From the NCBI GenBank assembly GCA_977030845.1, contig OZ365110.1, forward strand, positions 40,610,001 through 40,674,000: DNA of 64,000 bases, read 5' to 3'. Shown piece after piece: positions 1 through 12,362 of the stretch. This DNA is from Fimbriosthenelais zetlandica. Its lineage: Eukaryota. The position numbers and the translations under genes were made by a program. Within the stretch, counting starts at the first letter, position 1. Every line of letters begins with the position of its first letter. A model generated the notes under the pieces. It saw only the letters and a list, made by a program, of their open reading frames with translations. It did not search any database and was not told where the DNA came from.

Positions 1-657
1 AAAAGTTGAATGTATCATGAGCGCGGCCTCAAAAACGCTCTCGTCTGTTCAAGGCATTATTGATCTCGCAGGATAGTCTCTGTTTACAAGCATTATATCC
101 GTGTATGTTCCATGAAGGGGCAAGCTTGCAAAATACTTAACACTGCTGCATCTCGCTAAACCTCCATGTATATTTAATGCTTAATGCTCCCTCACGGCTC
201 TGCAAATCGCAGCTTCTATTTGTAATTCATTTCGACACTTTTACATCATTCAAAGATGGGAGACTGATTGATTTTTGATGCTTTGCTGTTGCACAAGAGA
301 TCAATTATTTTGCGTGGGAGTCAAGTAATATCAAGAATCAAGAATGTATCTCTAGTTTTGTGACAACTTTCTTTGCTCTTCCTATTATTGTAATCTTCCT
401 ACTAGACGTACTGCACTTTAATATTTTGCCCTGTCGTGTATCTTTACAAGTCTCCTGTGACTTCTTTTATCGCTCTCCGAAAGTTGTAGCCGAGAAAGCG
501 CTAGATAGGTGAGTGACAGTCGGAGCCAAGTTAAAGCACTGACCGTGTCAAAAGTCCTGAATCTGCTCACCGAAGACGCCGGGGGAAATTGGCGATGGAG
601 GGGGAAGAGGTTGAGGTGGAAAGGGTTTTGGGTTTAGCACTTGTAATGCTGACTTAC

Positions 658-716
658 AGATACTTGGATTGTTTCCTGGTGTGTTTCCAGAGCTGTCCAG
701 GGACAGAGAGAGTATA
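658..716 (-). CDS. Candidate isolated internal exon (59 nt), product unknown
   Basis: On the minus strand: gcatgtattattcag|TATACTC...AAGTATCT|GTAAGTC. The donor is consensus and the acceptor moderate. All three frames are open (e.g. YTLSVPGQLWKHTRKQSKY or ILSLSLDSSGNTPGNNPSI). No protein family recognised. Confidence 0.2.
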
Positions 717-1516
717 CTGAATAATACATGCATTCACTCGTCACAAATCACCCACCAGCTCCCCATCTCAGGTCTGCCACCTTGCCCACTCCCAACTCCA
801 GTTGATGCCTCCTTATTTATTCATACAGCCTTAAAAGCTGTTTTCAAGGGCAATGATTCACCCCCGTACACTTAATGATTTCATATCATCCCCCTTTTAA
901 CGGCGAAATAAGCTAATACAATCAGTGGGGACGTTTTATCAAATTATTTAGCGGTAGGGGTAGATTTTTATCTGATTATATAGGTCTGAAATGTTGCAAA
1001 TATAGACACTCAGTCACTGTGGCTCTATATACAGTTATATATAGACGCCTATCGCGGCTTGAGTTTTTAGATCTGTCATATCTTTTTCAGACCATTTTGT
1101 CTCTTGCCACATGCTGTTTATATATATGGGACCGGGTCCCTGGCAGCGACACTTTTTTCTGCCATGTTTTTTTTCTTTCATCTCAAATATGATCCCCTCT
1201 TATTATATAAGGCACATCGACTAAAAGTTCCCTTCTCATCCTCCTTTCCACTAGGAGAGACTCCTGAAATGTAACACTAGCATTTAAGCCAATCAAATGA
1301 CAAATTTAATTTAACTTATTTAAGGCGCAAGTAGTATGTAAAAAGGTGCGTCAGTCTCTGGCTGGTGTCTGTTTGAAATAGTATGTTGATTGCTGGATCA
1401 AGATGGATGTTTCTTGTCATATTGCGAACTAATAATTATATGGCTCCATCCGTTCATGATTTCAATACCATAACTTAAATAAAAAACATGATGCCATTTT
1501 TTGATACATTTGTGGA

Positions 1517-1818
1517 CAAGTAGTATAGGGAATATTCTCTATATTCAGGCATACTCTGGGCTAAGTAGTTCATGGAAAAGTTTTTCATATCCAGGGATAT
1601 TCCAGGCTAAGTAGTACATGGAAATGTGTTTCCTACTCAGGCATACTCCAGGCCAAGTAGTACATGGAAATGTGTTTCCTATTCAGGTATACTCCAGGCC
1701 AAGTAGTACATAGAAATGTGTTTCCTATTCAGGCATACTCCAGGCCAAGTAGTACATGGAAATGTTTTTCATATTCAGGTATACACCGGGTCAAGTAGTA
1801 CTTGAAAATATTTTTCAT
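1517..1818. repeat. Minisatellite, 46-bp unit, about 6.5 copies
   Basis: Unit TATTCAGGCATACTCCAGGCCAAGTAGTACATGGAAATGTGTTTCC is repeated head-to-tail. Central copies are near-identical and edge copies diverged. Confidence 0.95.
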
Positions 1819-4062
1819 AAGCTGGCTTTGAAATGATACATTTATATATGAATTTTTTATCAAATGGAAAAAAAACAAAAGATAAAAAACAAGAGAGCAA
1901 AAGATAAGTATATTGCATCGCATATCTATAGCATGGAGTCATTTGCCTCCATCAGTGCCATGTTAATGATTCATGTGTAGAATAGAATGGCGGGGGATTT
2001 GGGAGTCCAAATAAGCCTGGGTGCTCGTTAATCTTCATTTATCACAACTTTACTCGGATTAAGATCGAGTCCTCCCTCCACTATACCTTTTTCTAACCTC
2101 CGATTTTTTTTTCAAGTGACTTATTTACACGTAGGCAATATGTCCAGTAACTTATGAAATTGTTCTGTCAGTGAACGTCAAAATATTATTCTATGAGTTA
2201 TTATTAATTTCCTGAAGGTTTGTGTGAAATAATCCTCCTTTGTCCCTCATAAGCTTGCTAATTTGAGTGAGATTTCATACAGTAACTTTACCCTCGAACC
2301 AGGTGAAATATTATATAGGGACTGGGTATATTGTTTGCATATGTTTCTTTTGATTGGAATTTGCCTCTAGCACTCTATGAAGGATCACATTGTATTCTCA
2401 AGTCTCAGCTTTAAGAGGGGAAAGGGACAGAATCCTGACGAATAAAACACCTGTGCCTAGCAATAAATGAGAGTGGAGATTCGGCCTGGCTTGGATATTT
2501 GAAAGAATACATGGGCCTCACTGCCATAATTGAATTCAAAGCCCATTTACCTTATTGATTACGACTACAATTTAGTAGAAATAGCTTATCTGTATTTGGC
2601 ATTATCCAACTCTTTCTACTCGGTGGGATTCGCTTCACTGTACTCATGATTAAGTTTCATACTTTACCAAGTGTTTTTCTTGCTAAACTAGACATGCATT
2701 CCTTCATAGAGAGATGGTTAGGAATTAGTTCCCCTTCATAAGTCATTAATTAATCAATTCATTGCAAACTGGGAAATGATTAATGCCAAGATGTGGGAAC
2801 ACTTTGGACAGTGCCTGCGCCACTGCAACCATAGTACCAGCGAATGATCTTGACATTTCCTAAATTGATTTCAATAAATTAATAACTCATTCAATCCATC
2901 TTCGTCTTAAATGAGAGCCTTTGTGGGTGAGGAAGACGCCTACATTCTTCCCCTAACACTAACGCTGGCAAGCTAAATGTATGATAGTGAATTGCTAACG
3001 ACCCTCCAATCTTCATCATTTTTAATCTCTTCAGAGAACTCGGCTGAGGAAAATCGGCAGATTTTTCGCTCCGGGCTCAATCCCTCCCAAGGCGCAAAGT
3101 TATTAATCTTTCAGTTCAACTCATCTGTAAATTGCTTTTATCAGATTTTCTGAATTACTCTCTCCCTCTTTACAGTTCCTTTTCGGCTCTCCACAAGCTC
3201 TTCCCTTTCACCACTTGAGTGCAAAAAGGCATTACTGCTCGCAGCACAAACAGCACGAGCCAGAACTGGAGAGACTTTCGTTTATCTTCTTTCTAAACCC
3301 ATTTTGAATGTCATCAAAAGCCAGTCTGTCCTTATGAAAAGGACATTCTGCCATTTGACATTTCTCTTCATATTTATACCCTCAACCCCTGATAATTATT
3401 TAAAACTGTTCATTTTAAGCCCTTATATGGGTTTCGATTGTGCCAGAGTTAATTACATGTTTTGTCATGAAGTATCCCGGTACTTTCACTCAGGGATCCT
3501 TTGTGATATATACTTACTAATCAGCCAAGAAGCTAGCTTATAGTTAAAATGGCTATCTTTAAACGGCTATATAATTATTGCCACTTGGGCCCACTTATTA
3601 CGGCAGCTCTAACCCTCTGATCCGCATCCTCTTTAAATGATGTGGATACACGCTATCTATGGATTGGCAATGAAGGGAGGGCGATGTGGGCAGGTCGATA
3701 TTGATGTACCTTCCTTGTATTTCCTACATTGATATTACTTCATGCCAAGGTGGCCATGCAGAAGAGTTCCTAGCAATGTATGGATAGCCTATATATACAC
3801 GCGTACGTTATCTTCTGAGTCAGCATAAAAACATCGAAAATAAAGCTGCAATGTACTATGTTGCTGGCTCATTACTGCTAGATCTGATACCTCATATTAT
3901 AACCACTGCGGTTTGGAATTCTTTGATCATTAAGGTTACATTTAGCATTATAAATTATCACTTTTAATTCATAAAATTATGAAATGATTCAAAGAATTCC
4001 TAATGCTTTACTTAAGTGTAACTTAATGCTGTAACTTGCATTAACTGCATGTCACCAGGCGT

Positions 4063-4320
4063 GGGTTTATGGATCAGGCAGTAGAATTGTTGACTTGATT
4101 GTGGAAGGTCCCAAGTTCAACTTCCGAAACATTCTCTAAATTTGCCCGTCTCTTTTTGAGTTCTCCAGCCAGTGCTGTGAACGGGATGTTAAAAGGCCAT
4201 CCATTCTCTGCAATGTAAAACTATTACTTTTCAGAAGAACAGACACTCGACAGTGTGTTTCCTCTAGTCGTGATAGACCATGGTTGAAGCTGGGATGTTA
4301 ACCCCCAATCATGACGCCCT
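4063..4320 (+). mobile_element. Highly degraded tRNA-derived SINE
   Basis: A-box-like TGGATCAGGCAGTAG, then GTGGAAGGTCCCAAGTTCAACTTCC (4101-4125), which resembles the GTGGAAGGTCACCGGTTCGAACC B-box region of the SINE at 48815. The 3' boundary is approximate. Confidence 0.35.
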
Positions 4321-5315
4321 GACAGTTTGTGTCACTTGTGTCTTATACTTTCTCTTCGGACTTTTTGTTCGTGTATTTGGATAGCGACGGGACTCTGCCA
4401 TTAGTAAATTAGTAGAAGTACTTTGCAATCATGCATTTTGCACTTTCTGACTTATAGGCCTACACTTTAGAAGAGGATCTGGATTAGGACATTTTGTTCT
4501 ACGATAATCCATTTTCCCTACTGTAACCTCAGCCTTTACCATCTTCTTAAAGGGTAATCCTTTAAATTTTTAATCCTTAAAAAATTCTTCCTCACAAAGG
4601 TTTTATGTATAGATGTAGTTATTGCATTACAAAGGTAAAATCTCTTCCAATTCTGTGACTTTAGCAAGTCTTGAGTTTCTTATGACTGGAACAGACCAGA
4701 ACGTTTTTGTAGTGGCGCTGATGGCACGGGCGGATGCGCCAATGCACAGAGAGGGTGAAAGCACTTGCTTGATTCATAGCCATAGCCTCTGCGACTTTGT
4801 TAGAAAATCTAACTGTCACACTTGATTGCATGACTAGAAAAACGTAAGCAACCAAAAGCATTCACAGTATGTTCCAGCCATTATTCTTCTCGCTTGCCTC
4901 CCTGGCGCTCTGTTATACTTGCCATACTTGCCATACTTGTCACACATGCATCTCATGGAATTAATTTCTATTCAGAGTGCATTTACAACTTCATCATGCA
5001 ACTTCTTCCCTGAGAACTTCTTATACAAGGGATGCAGTATGTTTTTTTAACAGAGTTTATTCATTATCTGGAGCTCCATCCATTATGCTGGCGCCTACCC
5101 TCCATCACGAAGTTAATCCATTAGGATATGAAAAATCAGAAAAAAATGCATTGTTTCTTTTTTGATACAGTGTGTGAGAACCACAGGGGGAAGGGAAACA
5201 GTTGTTTGGGGATAGCATCCTGATTTCGCCTAGAAGCTGTAAATATTATGGTGTCATATCACTTGCCAATATAATGCATTCCTTTCTGTCCGGGGGACTG
5301 GCACGTACACAATAC

Positions 5316-5436
5316 CTCGATCACATATTGCAGCTGGAGTCGTCCAGCAATCTCCATCGACGCTCTCTCAATGTCAATATGTCCCACCAGGTCAGAGGTA
5401 CAAAACCAGTGGGTGTTCTTTTCTGCCGCCACAAGT
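5316..5436 (-). CDS. Candidate exon or pseudo-exon (121 nt), unknown product
   Basis: ttgtttgttctcatcag|A CTT GTG...ATC GAG|GTATTG gives a 40-codon open frame LVAAEKNTHWFCTSDLVGHIDIERASMEIAGRLQLQYVIE in locally GC-richer sequence. The donor is weak and no in-phase neighbouring exon was found. Confidence 0.2.
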
Positions 5437-7874
5437 CTGATGAGAACAAACAACACAATCTGAGACTAATATCATACCAGCAATCTATATTAATCCAGGA
5501 GGGGCAGTAGGAGACCTTATATACCTGTGGGTTTTGTATTGGCTTGATTATGTTCATATCTGTTGACCACTCGGGGTGAAAGGGCATAATGGACATGAGG
5601 CTAGATAAGTAGCAGAGGCCTTATTTTCAGTGACAATGGCAGACACGGGGCTAGTTCATCAGTGAATTATCAGTCTCATATGACAAGCTTAGATTAGCCT
5701 CCCGTCGGATTAACTCCATCCATGTTTGATCTTCGGGTGGACCTGATTGGATTCAGTATCAAGCAGGGCGTCCACTATCGCGATAGAATACTAAAATAGC
5801 AGTTAGGATAGCTTATGTGATACATAAAACACCTACAATGTGTTGCTCAATTGATTAACCTTAGAATTAATTCAATATCTAATATCTTTGAAAATGTATA
5901 AACGAATTTTCATGACTACATTGTATAGGTGTTTTCTCTATCCCTCTAAACTGCTATCTTTGTTGCCTTCGCGATAGTGGAGGCTCTGTTTTAGTTGGAA
6001 AATGAATTGTCAGTCATTTACTAAACCATTTGTTGATGCAAGCTAATTGAATGTTTGATCAGATTAATGACCATTTTTACATATAACTCATGGATACAAT
6101 CTTTCGTTTTTCTTTCTGGGAGAAAGTAAATGGATATCACTCTTCGATTAAGCCAATTGTTCATAGAAATTCTTAATGAGACAAATTTCCCTAATTAGTG
6201 TACAGTGATCCAGGAGAAGACAAACAAGTCGTAACTAGGGTAATTTATGTGATATTTCACTTTCGGTGCAACATTCCTCACCTTAAAATATCAGCTTTTA
6301 AAAGACAATCCCAGTGTACATGCGTACATTTACATGTCATATTGGATTTCTTATGAAATGTAACAGCTAAGCTTTCCAGCCTGTTGTTCATTGATAAATG
6401 ATCAACAGAACATTATTCAACTCATAATCATTATTCGGATACTTTAGCATATTGGACTTGCATATGGCTTTGCAGCTCAACACCTCAAGGCTTCAAAATA
6501 TTGAGTTCCATGTATGGACAGTGGATAATGGTTATTGATCATCGTACGATCTCTCCGAGTTTTTTTAATCAGGTATTTTAATCAGGGGAATGGAGAATAT
6601 CCGTACGTCCCACACAAAACATGCCTATTTTCCTTGAAAGAAATTGCTATACCTTTGAACATGAATAGTCGATGGGCGAAGTGAATTAGTTTGTTGTCAG
6701 AATAGCAACAGTCAAATCCTGATTCACATTGACTGTTAATCTAATAATGTGTATAATCTAGACAGGATATATATAGACATATACCTATAATGTCCCTATT
6801 CCAGGGGTTATATATACAGAAGTTTTTAACAGACTGGATCCTATCCATCTATTATGCTCTAAAATGAGATGACATCATAGTCCCTGGGCACTTAGTGGGT
6901 CTAAGAAGGTCGATTACATCTACTTAAGTAGTATTAGATTCTTGTAGCCTAGGCCTGTGGTATGCCAGGCATGTATACCTTGGGTTCTACTACCCAGGAA
7001 ACAAATAGATTACAAGAAATATAAGACTGGCATTATCAGAATGCTGTATGACCAAACAACTTAATGAATATTAGTTTCATGAAATATTGTTAGGAGGTTC
7101 CCAGAATTTTGTGTTTGTTTGCCTGCATGGTGCTGTTTGATTTAAGCCATGTTTTGTTGTTTTCCTGTAGGGAGCAGTCCTTACTGGGTATACTTGCTTG
7201 GGTTTTGGGTTCCTTTGAATGCACTCTCATACACTATCGCCTACTTTGTTATCGCTGGTGGATTTGGTCCATATAGTTTTGAGAAATATCTTCGATATAG
7301 AGTGTAACCAGAAAAATCTGCCTTAATCTGTTAAAAAAACCCATAGATTATAGCTTTTAGTGGCCCTCCAGTATGACAGATTGCTGTGAGTGTAGGGTAT
7401 GTTTAAGGGTTAGTATTAAGAGTATATTGCACTAATGCCTTGTTCATCTCACATTCTCTTCCGTAACAAGACTACTGATCAGGACCCCTCTGATATCAAG
7501 ATTACCGGCTTGTTCCGGATAACGTCCTTTAGCACTTAGTACTCCTCATTAAACATGCATCGCTCGGGTATCTAAAGTGTGTGTGGCTTTCCCCGGTCAA
7601 AGACTTGACTCTAAGCATGCAAAGTTGTCTTCAGAGGCTTGGTCTTTTAGCCCCACCCTCCCTCACATCCACTTTCTCCCCTTCCTTTTCTTCTCAGTTT
7701 TTCCACTCGTCTTGTGTTCACTTTTCAGCTATCTATGTCCTCTGAGGATCATTTTCCTTTCCCTCTTGTGCCTTTCCTTTTATGCTATCCCTCGTATTAT
7801 TTGTAAGAATAAGTATAGCTTCTTGATATCATGGAGGCATTCTTTCGTCGAAAATGATAGATAAAATCAAGTTA

Positions 7875-7955
7875 TACTAAACTTTGCTTTTCTATTTTTC
7901 CAGGTGAGTGAACTATTCAGTCTTGAATTGATATTGCGTAAGTAAGTAAGTAAAA
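7875..7955 (+). other. Recursive-splice-site-like motif (YAG|GTGAGT at 7903/7904) with downstream tandem donors
   Basis: Branch-like TACTAAAC (7875), pyrimidine tract ctttgcttttctatttttc, CAG|GTGAGT, then GTAAGT at 7938, 7942 and 7946. Confidence 0.5.
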
Positions 7956-7984
7956 TATTTATTTTCTCCTCGACCATCTATATC

Positions 7985-8210
7985 GTTCCCTACGTTCCCC
8001 TCCTCCCCACGCACAATTGTTCTCCCACTCCCTTTCTGCTCTCCCACCCTCCACACTTCCCGCTCCCTTCTTCCCTTCCCTCCACTGTCCTCTCTATACC
8101 CTTCCCTCTGAACTACCTATTCCTTCTCCCTGTCCTCCATCCCTCCGCCCGTCTCATTGTCTCTCGTCCCTTCCCTCCTCTGCCTGTCTCCCCCCGCCCT
8201 CAGTCTTCAC
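7985..8210. repeat. C/T-rich low-complexity tract
   Basis: Nearly all pyrimidine on the plus strand (CCCT/CTCT/TTCC words). It accounts for the Pro/Ser/Leu-rich ORF 8017..8292. Confidence 0.85.
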
Positions 8211-10327
8211 CATGTCTGTCAGTGCCTGGTGTAGAATATCTGACACACGAGCCTTTAAAAGGCGCCTGTTGGTTGGAATAAATAACGTGTAAGGTATCTC
8301 TCCCCCATCATTCTCACACATCCTCCTCCATTGTAATCTCACATGAATACAGTAAACAATATTATTCAAAGCCCGTCCATGCTTCAGACAACCAGGGCCT
8401 TTCTGAAAAACAATCTATTCTATTCGTCAATAGAGTTGTTATTGACTAATTTCGCGCATTCTTTTATGAACCGGTCTCTGTTGGTCGCATGAAATGTGCC
8501 TGGCGCCAGGAAATGTTCCTGGTGGATCAACGAAGGGCTCGCGTGTTAAAATTAACTCCAATATTTATATATTCCCACATTTTATTTACAATCAATCCTC
8601 TCAGTTTATTTGACTCCCGTCCATGTTTTATTTTTTTGAAAATCAAACATTCACAGATAAATAAGTCTACTTGGTTTATTTTCATTACACAAAGTGTTGC
8701 CCAGTGCTATATGGCAAGTCATTTTCGTCAGTTTTTAACTTTTCGGCTCCACATGTGTATCTTTCTCCTCATACTAAATTATATTTTCGCTTGTTATCTT
8801 TCATTTTTTTATGCCTCACAGACTCTAAACTTGAGACTTTCTTATCCATGGACCAGTGGTCTGGGATACTCATCAGCAAGTGTTATAGTTGGCCGCCAGG
8901 CTTGGGATATAATCTAATAATCTTGCACCATGTGCCCATTCCTATTAAATGTGCTATGGCCTCGAGCTGAGAATTAGTCATTCAGATAAATGCAAAACCT
9001 CTATGTCAGTGAGTCGGTATGGTCTGTGCATAGGCAATCTGAGTGATTCTTTATAATTATATTCATCTCCTAAAAACTACTCAAATTCAGAATTTAAATT
9101 TCATATCAATTGTTCAGCAGCTGAGGTTTTGTCTACCCGAAAGTAACCGCACCAGAGTATATTAAATTCTCCAATAACTGTAATAATATTTTTTAATCAA
9201 TGATAAACTATATTTAAACAGACATTAGATAGATTCTATTCAAATGGATCAGTTAATATTTCCGCGAGGAATCAGATTTTGTTATATTTTGTCCGCCTGA
9301 TGATAATGTATAGTGTGGGAGGAAGTGTCTCACATTGACCAAGTTTCTATTATAGCATTCATGCTAAAATGATCAATTGAAGAAGGCATGACTGTGAAAT
9401 CCCAGCACTCTCAATGCTGTATGGTGGATTTCTTTGGATGATTAATAATGAAGGATATTCAATGGGCCTATGCCTGATTTTATGGATTAATTGAAGGCAT
9501 TTATGAATGCCTGTTATGAATAAAGTTATGAATGGAATTCAAATGATCGTTTGGAAGACGAGAAAAGAGGACCATTTGAATCAAGAAGTGTAGATGAATG
9601 ATGAATATAGATTAGTAAATTTAATTAAAAGTCCCTTCATCATAGAAGAATAACTCCAGTGAAAATCCCTCCTCCTGATAATTAAGTTATATTCTTAGAA
9701 ATATTTATTTGAATTCATGGATCCGTACTAAATAACACGGCTCATACAATCTTATGGATTTCTCATTATATCATTTTTTAATTGTAAAAGACACAAAGGG
9801 AAACGCTGCCATTCGATAAGAATAGTCCATGTACATGTATATCCAACAGTGTGTTTTCTTTTCATAACGATGACCTTACATTGGCTGTTTTGCATCTATG
9901 CTGAAGCCCAATCAAACCACAGCGACTGTGATCATCCTCCATTTTGCATTTTGCTCGCAGTCTCTCCTTCTCCCGGTCTCTTACTCTTTCTCCCTCCCAC
10001 TCCCAGAAGAGAGAAAGGGAGCAATTTAAGCGTTTTCCACTGAATGTGACCCTACTCACGAGTACATATACCATAAATGATGCAGTAGGTGTCTACCAAT
10101 CTTCAGGGGATAGATTCTATGTAAACCTTTGCAACTCCCAGAGAAAGGCTTGACCCAAGCTCTGATCTTCACACCTGACCCTTGAAAAAGGACCTCAGCA
10201 AAACTCATATCCCTTTACTGCTCCATCATCCATTTACCCATCTGACTACCCACAGGTCCCATCACAGGCCCCACGGCCAAATGTCTCCTTCAAGTATGAT
10301 AAATAAATAATCATACACAGATATATG

Positions 10328-10373
10328 AAAAATGGGGAAATACATTTGGAAAAAATGGGGAAATACATTTGGA
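10328..10373. repeat. 23-bp tandem duplication
   Basis: AAAAATGGGGAAATACATTTGGA occurs twice head-to-tail. Confidence 0.9.
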
Positions 10374-11269
10374 CAAAATATCAAATACATATTACTGGGG
10401 TCAATTTAAAAAAAAGGATATGTTAGTATATTTATACAGGGAATACTACATTATGGAATGTGCTATGCTTTCTGCCTTGGAAAGCAAGAGTTTTACAATT
10501 CGTTTGCTTTGAAAAAAATACTGTTTTACTCTTGCCACATTCTCCTATAGCCATATTAAAATACATAATTTATGTTATCTTGATTCATAAGACATTTTTT
10601 ACAACTTGATCTTCATTTTCACAATCACTTTTTGAGGCCAATCTAAATTCCACCCATTGAACTATCATGCACCTGAGGGCGTACCCTTAAATGAGTATAG
10701 ATTTGTATTGAAGTACTCTTGAAGAAGAGCTGTGATGTGTATACAGGTGAATGCAGGACAGACGCCAGCCACTGTCAGATGTGTTGCATTACGCTCACAC
10801 CTCATACCCTTGCTGTCTATACCTGTCACAACATTTCCCTTTGATCAGGAAATGATCTTTGTTCAAGGTTTCTTCTTTATTCCTTTTGACTCCTTCAAAG
10901 TGATCTTTGGAACTTTTAGCTCTCTGGTGGCTAAACATCAAAACCACGAGCATCCTCTGTGTGCTCTTGTGCTGTTTCTACCACCAGCAAGAATCTGGAA
11001 TCAAGGGGCATGACCTTGGCAGAAAGTCTGCCCTTTGTTAAATATCCAATTTATAAGAGGAATAACTTCGGGGTATCTTTGTGCTAGCTAGTCGTCAACT
11101 GGTTCTAGTGTCTGTGGCTGAGGCATTGGTGCATACAATGAAAACTGTATATTATACATGGTATTTCCATGAACATTTTAACGATGTACCTAAAGCCTAT
11201 ATAATGTACCACACTAAACCACTTATACCCACCACGTGATTGGATCTGCACCATGCAGCTGCAGGACCC

Positions 11270-11425
11270 TGCTTTCTTCATCACCCTGCATTTTGAAATG
11301 TGTTTTGCCGCACCAAGTAAGCATTGGTTGTCTGGGCTTCCCCCCAGAGGCTGGGATATAGAAACCATGACAGTCAAGTCACGGCTTTGGCTCCACTCTC
11401 TCTGTTCTTCTAGTGTGAACAATTG
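11270..11425 (-). mobile_element. Possible Ty1/Copia integrase relic
   Basis: Minus frames give FTLEEQREWSQSRDLTVM, then after a frameshift YPSLWGEAQTTNAYLVRQ. These resemble the Copia integrase segments YTPEQNGVAERKNRTLME and LPKSLWGEAVxTAAYLINR. Matched from memory and very degenerate. Confidence 0.25.
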
Positions 11426-12045
11426 ACAAAGTGGCCGACAAAGGTTTATGTCAGATAGTCCTTGTCAGAACTGGTCCCTCTATATTGGGAGTTTAGGGAA
11501 GCACGTTCCACAAAGGGGAAGGAGACGCTCCCCATTCCCCACACCTATATAGCTGAGGCCACTTATTAGATTACCATTTTGTATAGGAGAGGATGATTGC
11601 TCCATAATCTATACAATATACTAGGTCCCGCTGGGCTTTTGAAGGTAGGATATTCTTCTAATTCCCGTGTACTATGAATTTTAACATTAACAAATATCTA
11701 TAGGTATGCGAGTTCTAGGAAATAAGTAAACTTCTCTGGACTTATTTGCCACTGTTGGTTTTGTTATTTGAATCCTATCAGAGATTTGTACATATTTCAT
11801 AACCATGTTGAAGCTTCCCGATCCATGGCATGCTCATTTATGAAACATGACTTCTCTAAGGTATCCTTGACACAAAGAATTTCATCGTTTGACTGCTGCA
11901 CCTGGGTCTTGCAAAACGCTACTGTCTCATAAAACCACCTGTCACTTGCGTTTGAAATGCAATCACTGTCAAGTCCACTTTGAGTAGGACAATTTATTGA
12001 AGGAAGCTGAAATGGCTTCTGTCAGTCTGTCTCGGTGTCTGAATT

Positions 12046-12362
12046 CAGTGTGGCGATTCCTGAAGTCGGGAAGTATTCACTGTCTGTCAGTTTGGCTATT
12101 CCTGAAGTCAGGAAATGTTCACTGCTGGCGTCAATTTGGCGATTTCTGAAGTCAGGAACTATTGACTGTCTGTCATAGTTTCTTATTCATGAAATTGGGG
12201 AAATATTCACTGCTTTTTCAGTTATTCCTGATGATGTCAGGAAATATTTACTTTCAGTGACTGTTCAATGATTCCAAAAGTCAGGAATATTCACTGTCGG
12301 TTTCCATTCAGTGATTTCTGAATTGCGGAAATACTCTGTATCAGTTTGGCGATTTCTGAATG
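12046..12362. repeat. Degenerate minisatellite, about 42-bp unit, 7-8 copies
   Basis: Consensus approximately TCAGTTTGGCGATTCCTGAAGTCAGGAAATATTCACTGTCTG. The core ATTCCTGAAGTCAGGAA recurs with indels between copies. Confidence 0.85.

Noticed and set aside
451-514. TAG|GTGAGT at 508/509 as a fourth ratchet point
   Set aside because: The sequence just upstream is purine-rich, so it is not an acceptor. At most it is an ordinary donor of an unverified exon at 451-508.
1517-1818. 46-bp and 42-bp arrays (also 12046-12362) as CRISPR arrays
   Set aside because: The units are head-to-tail with no unique spacers, there are no cas genes, and the context is eukaryotic.
7416-7435. TATTGCAC (miR-92 family seed-like word)
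   Set aside because: The rest does not match miR-92 and no precursor hairpin is apparent. No other conserved bilaterian miRNA I recall was found in the window.
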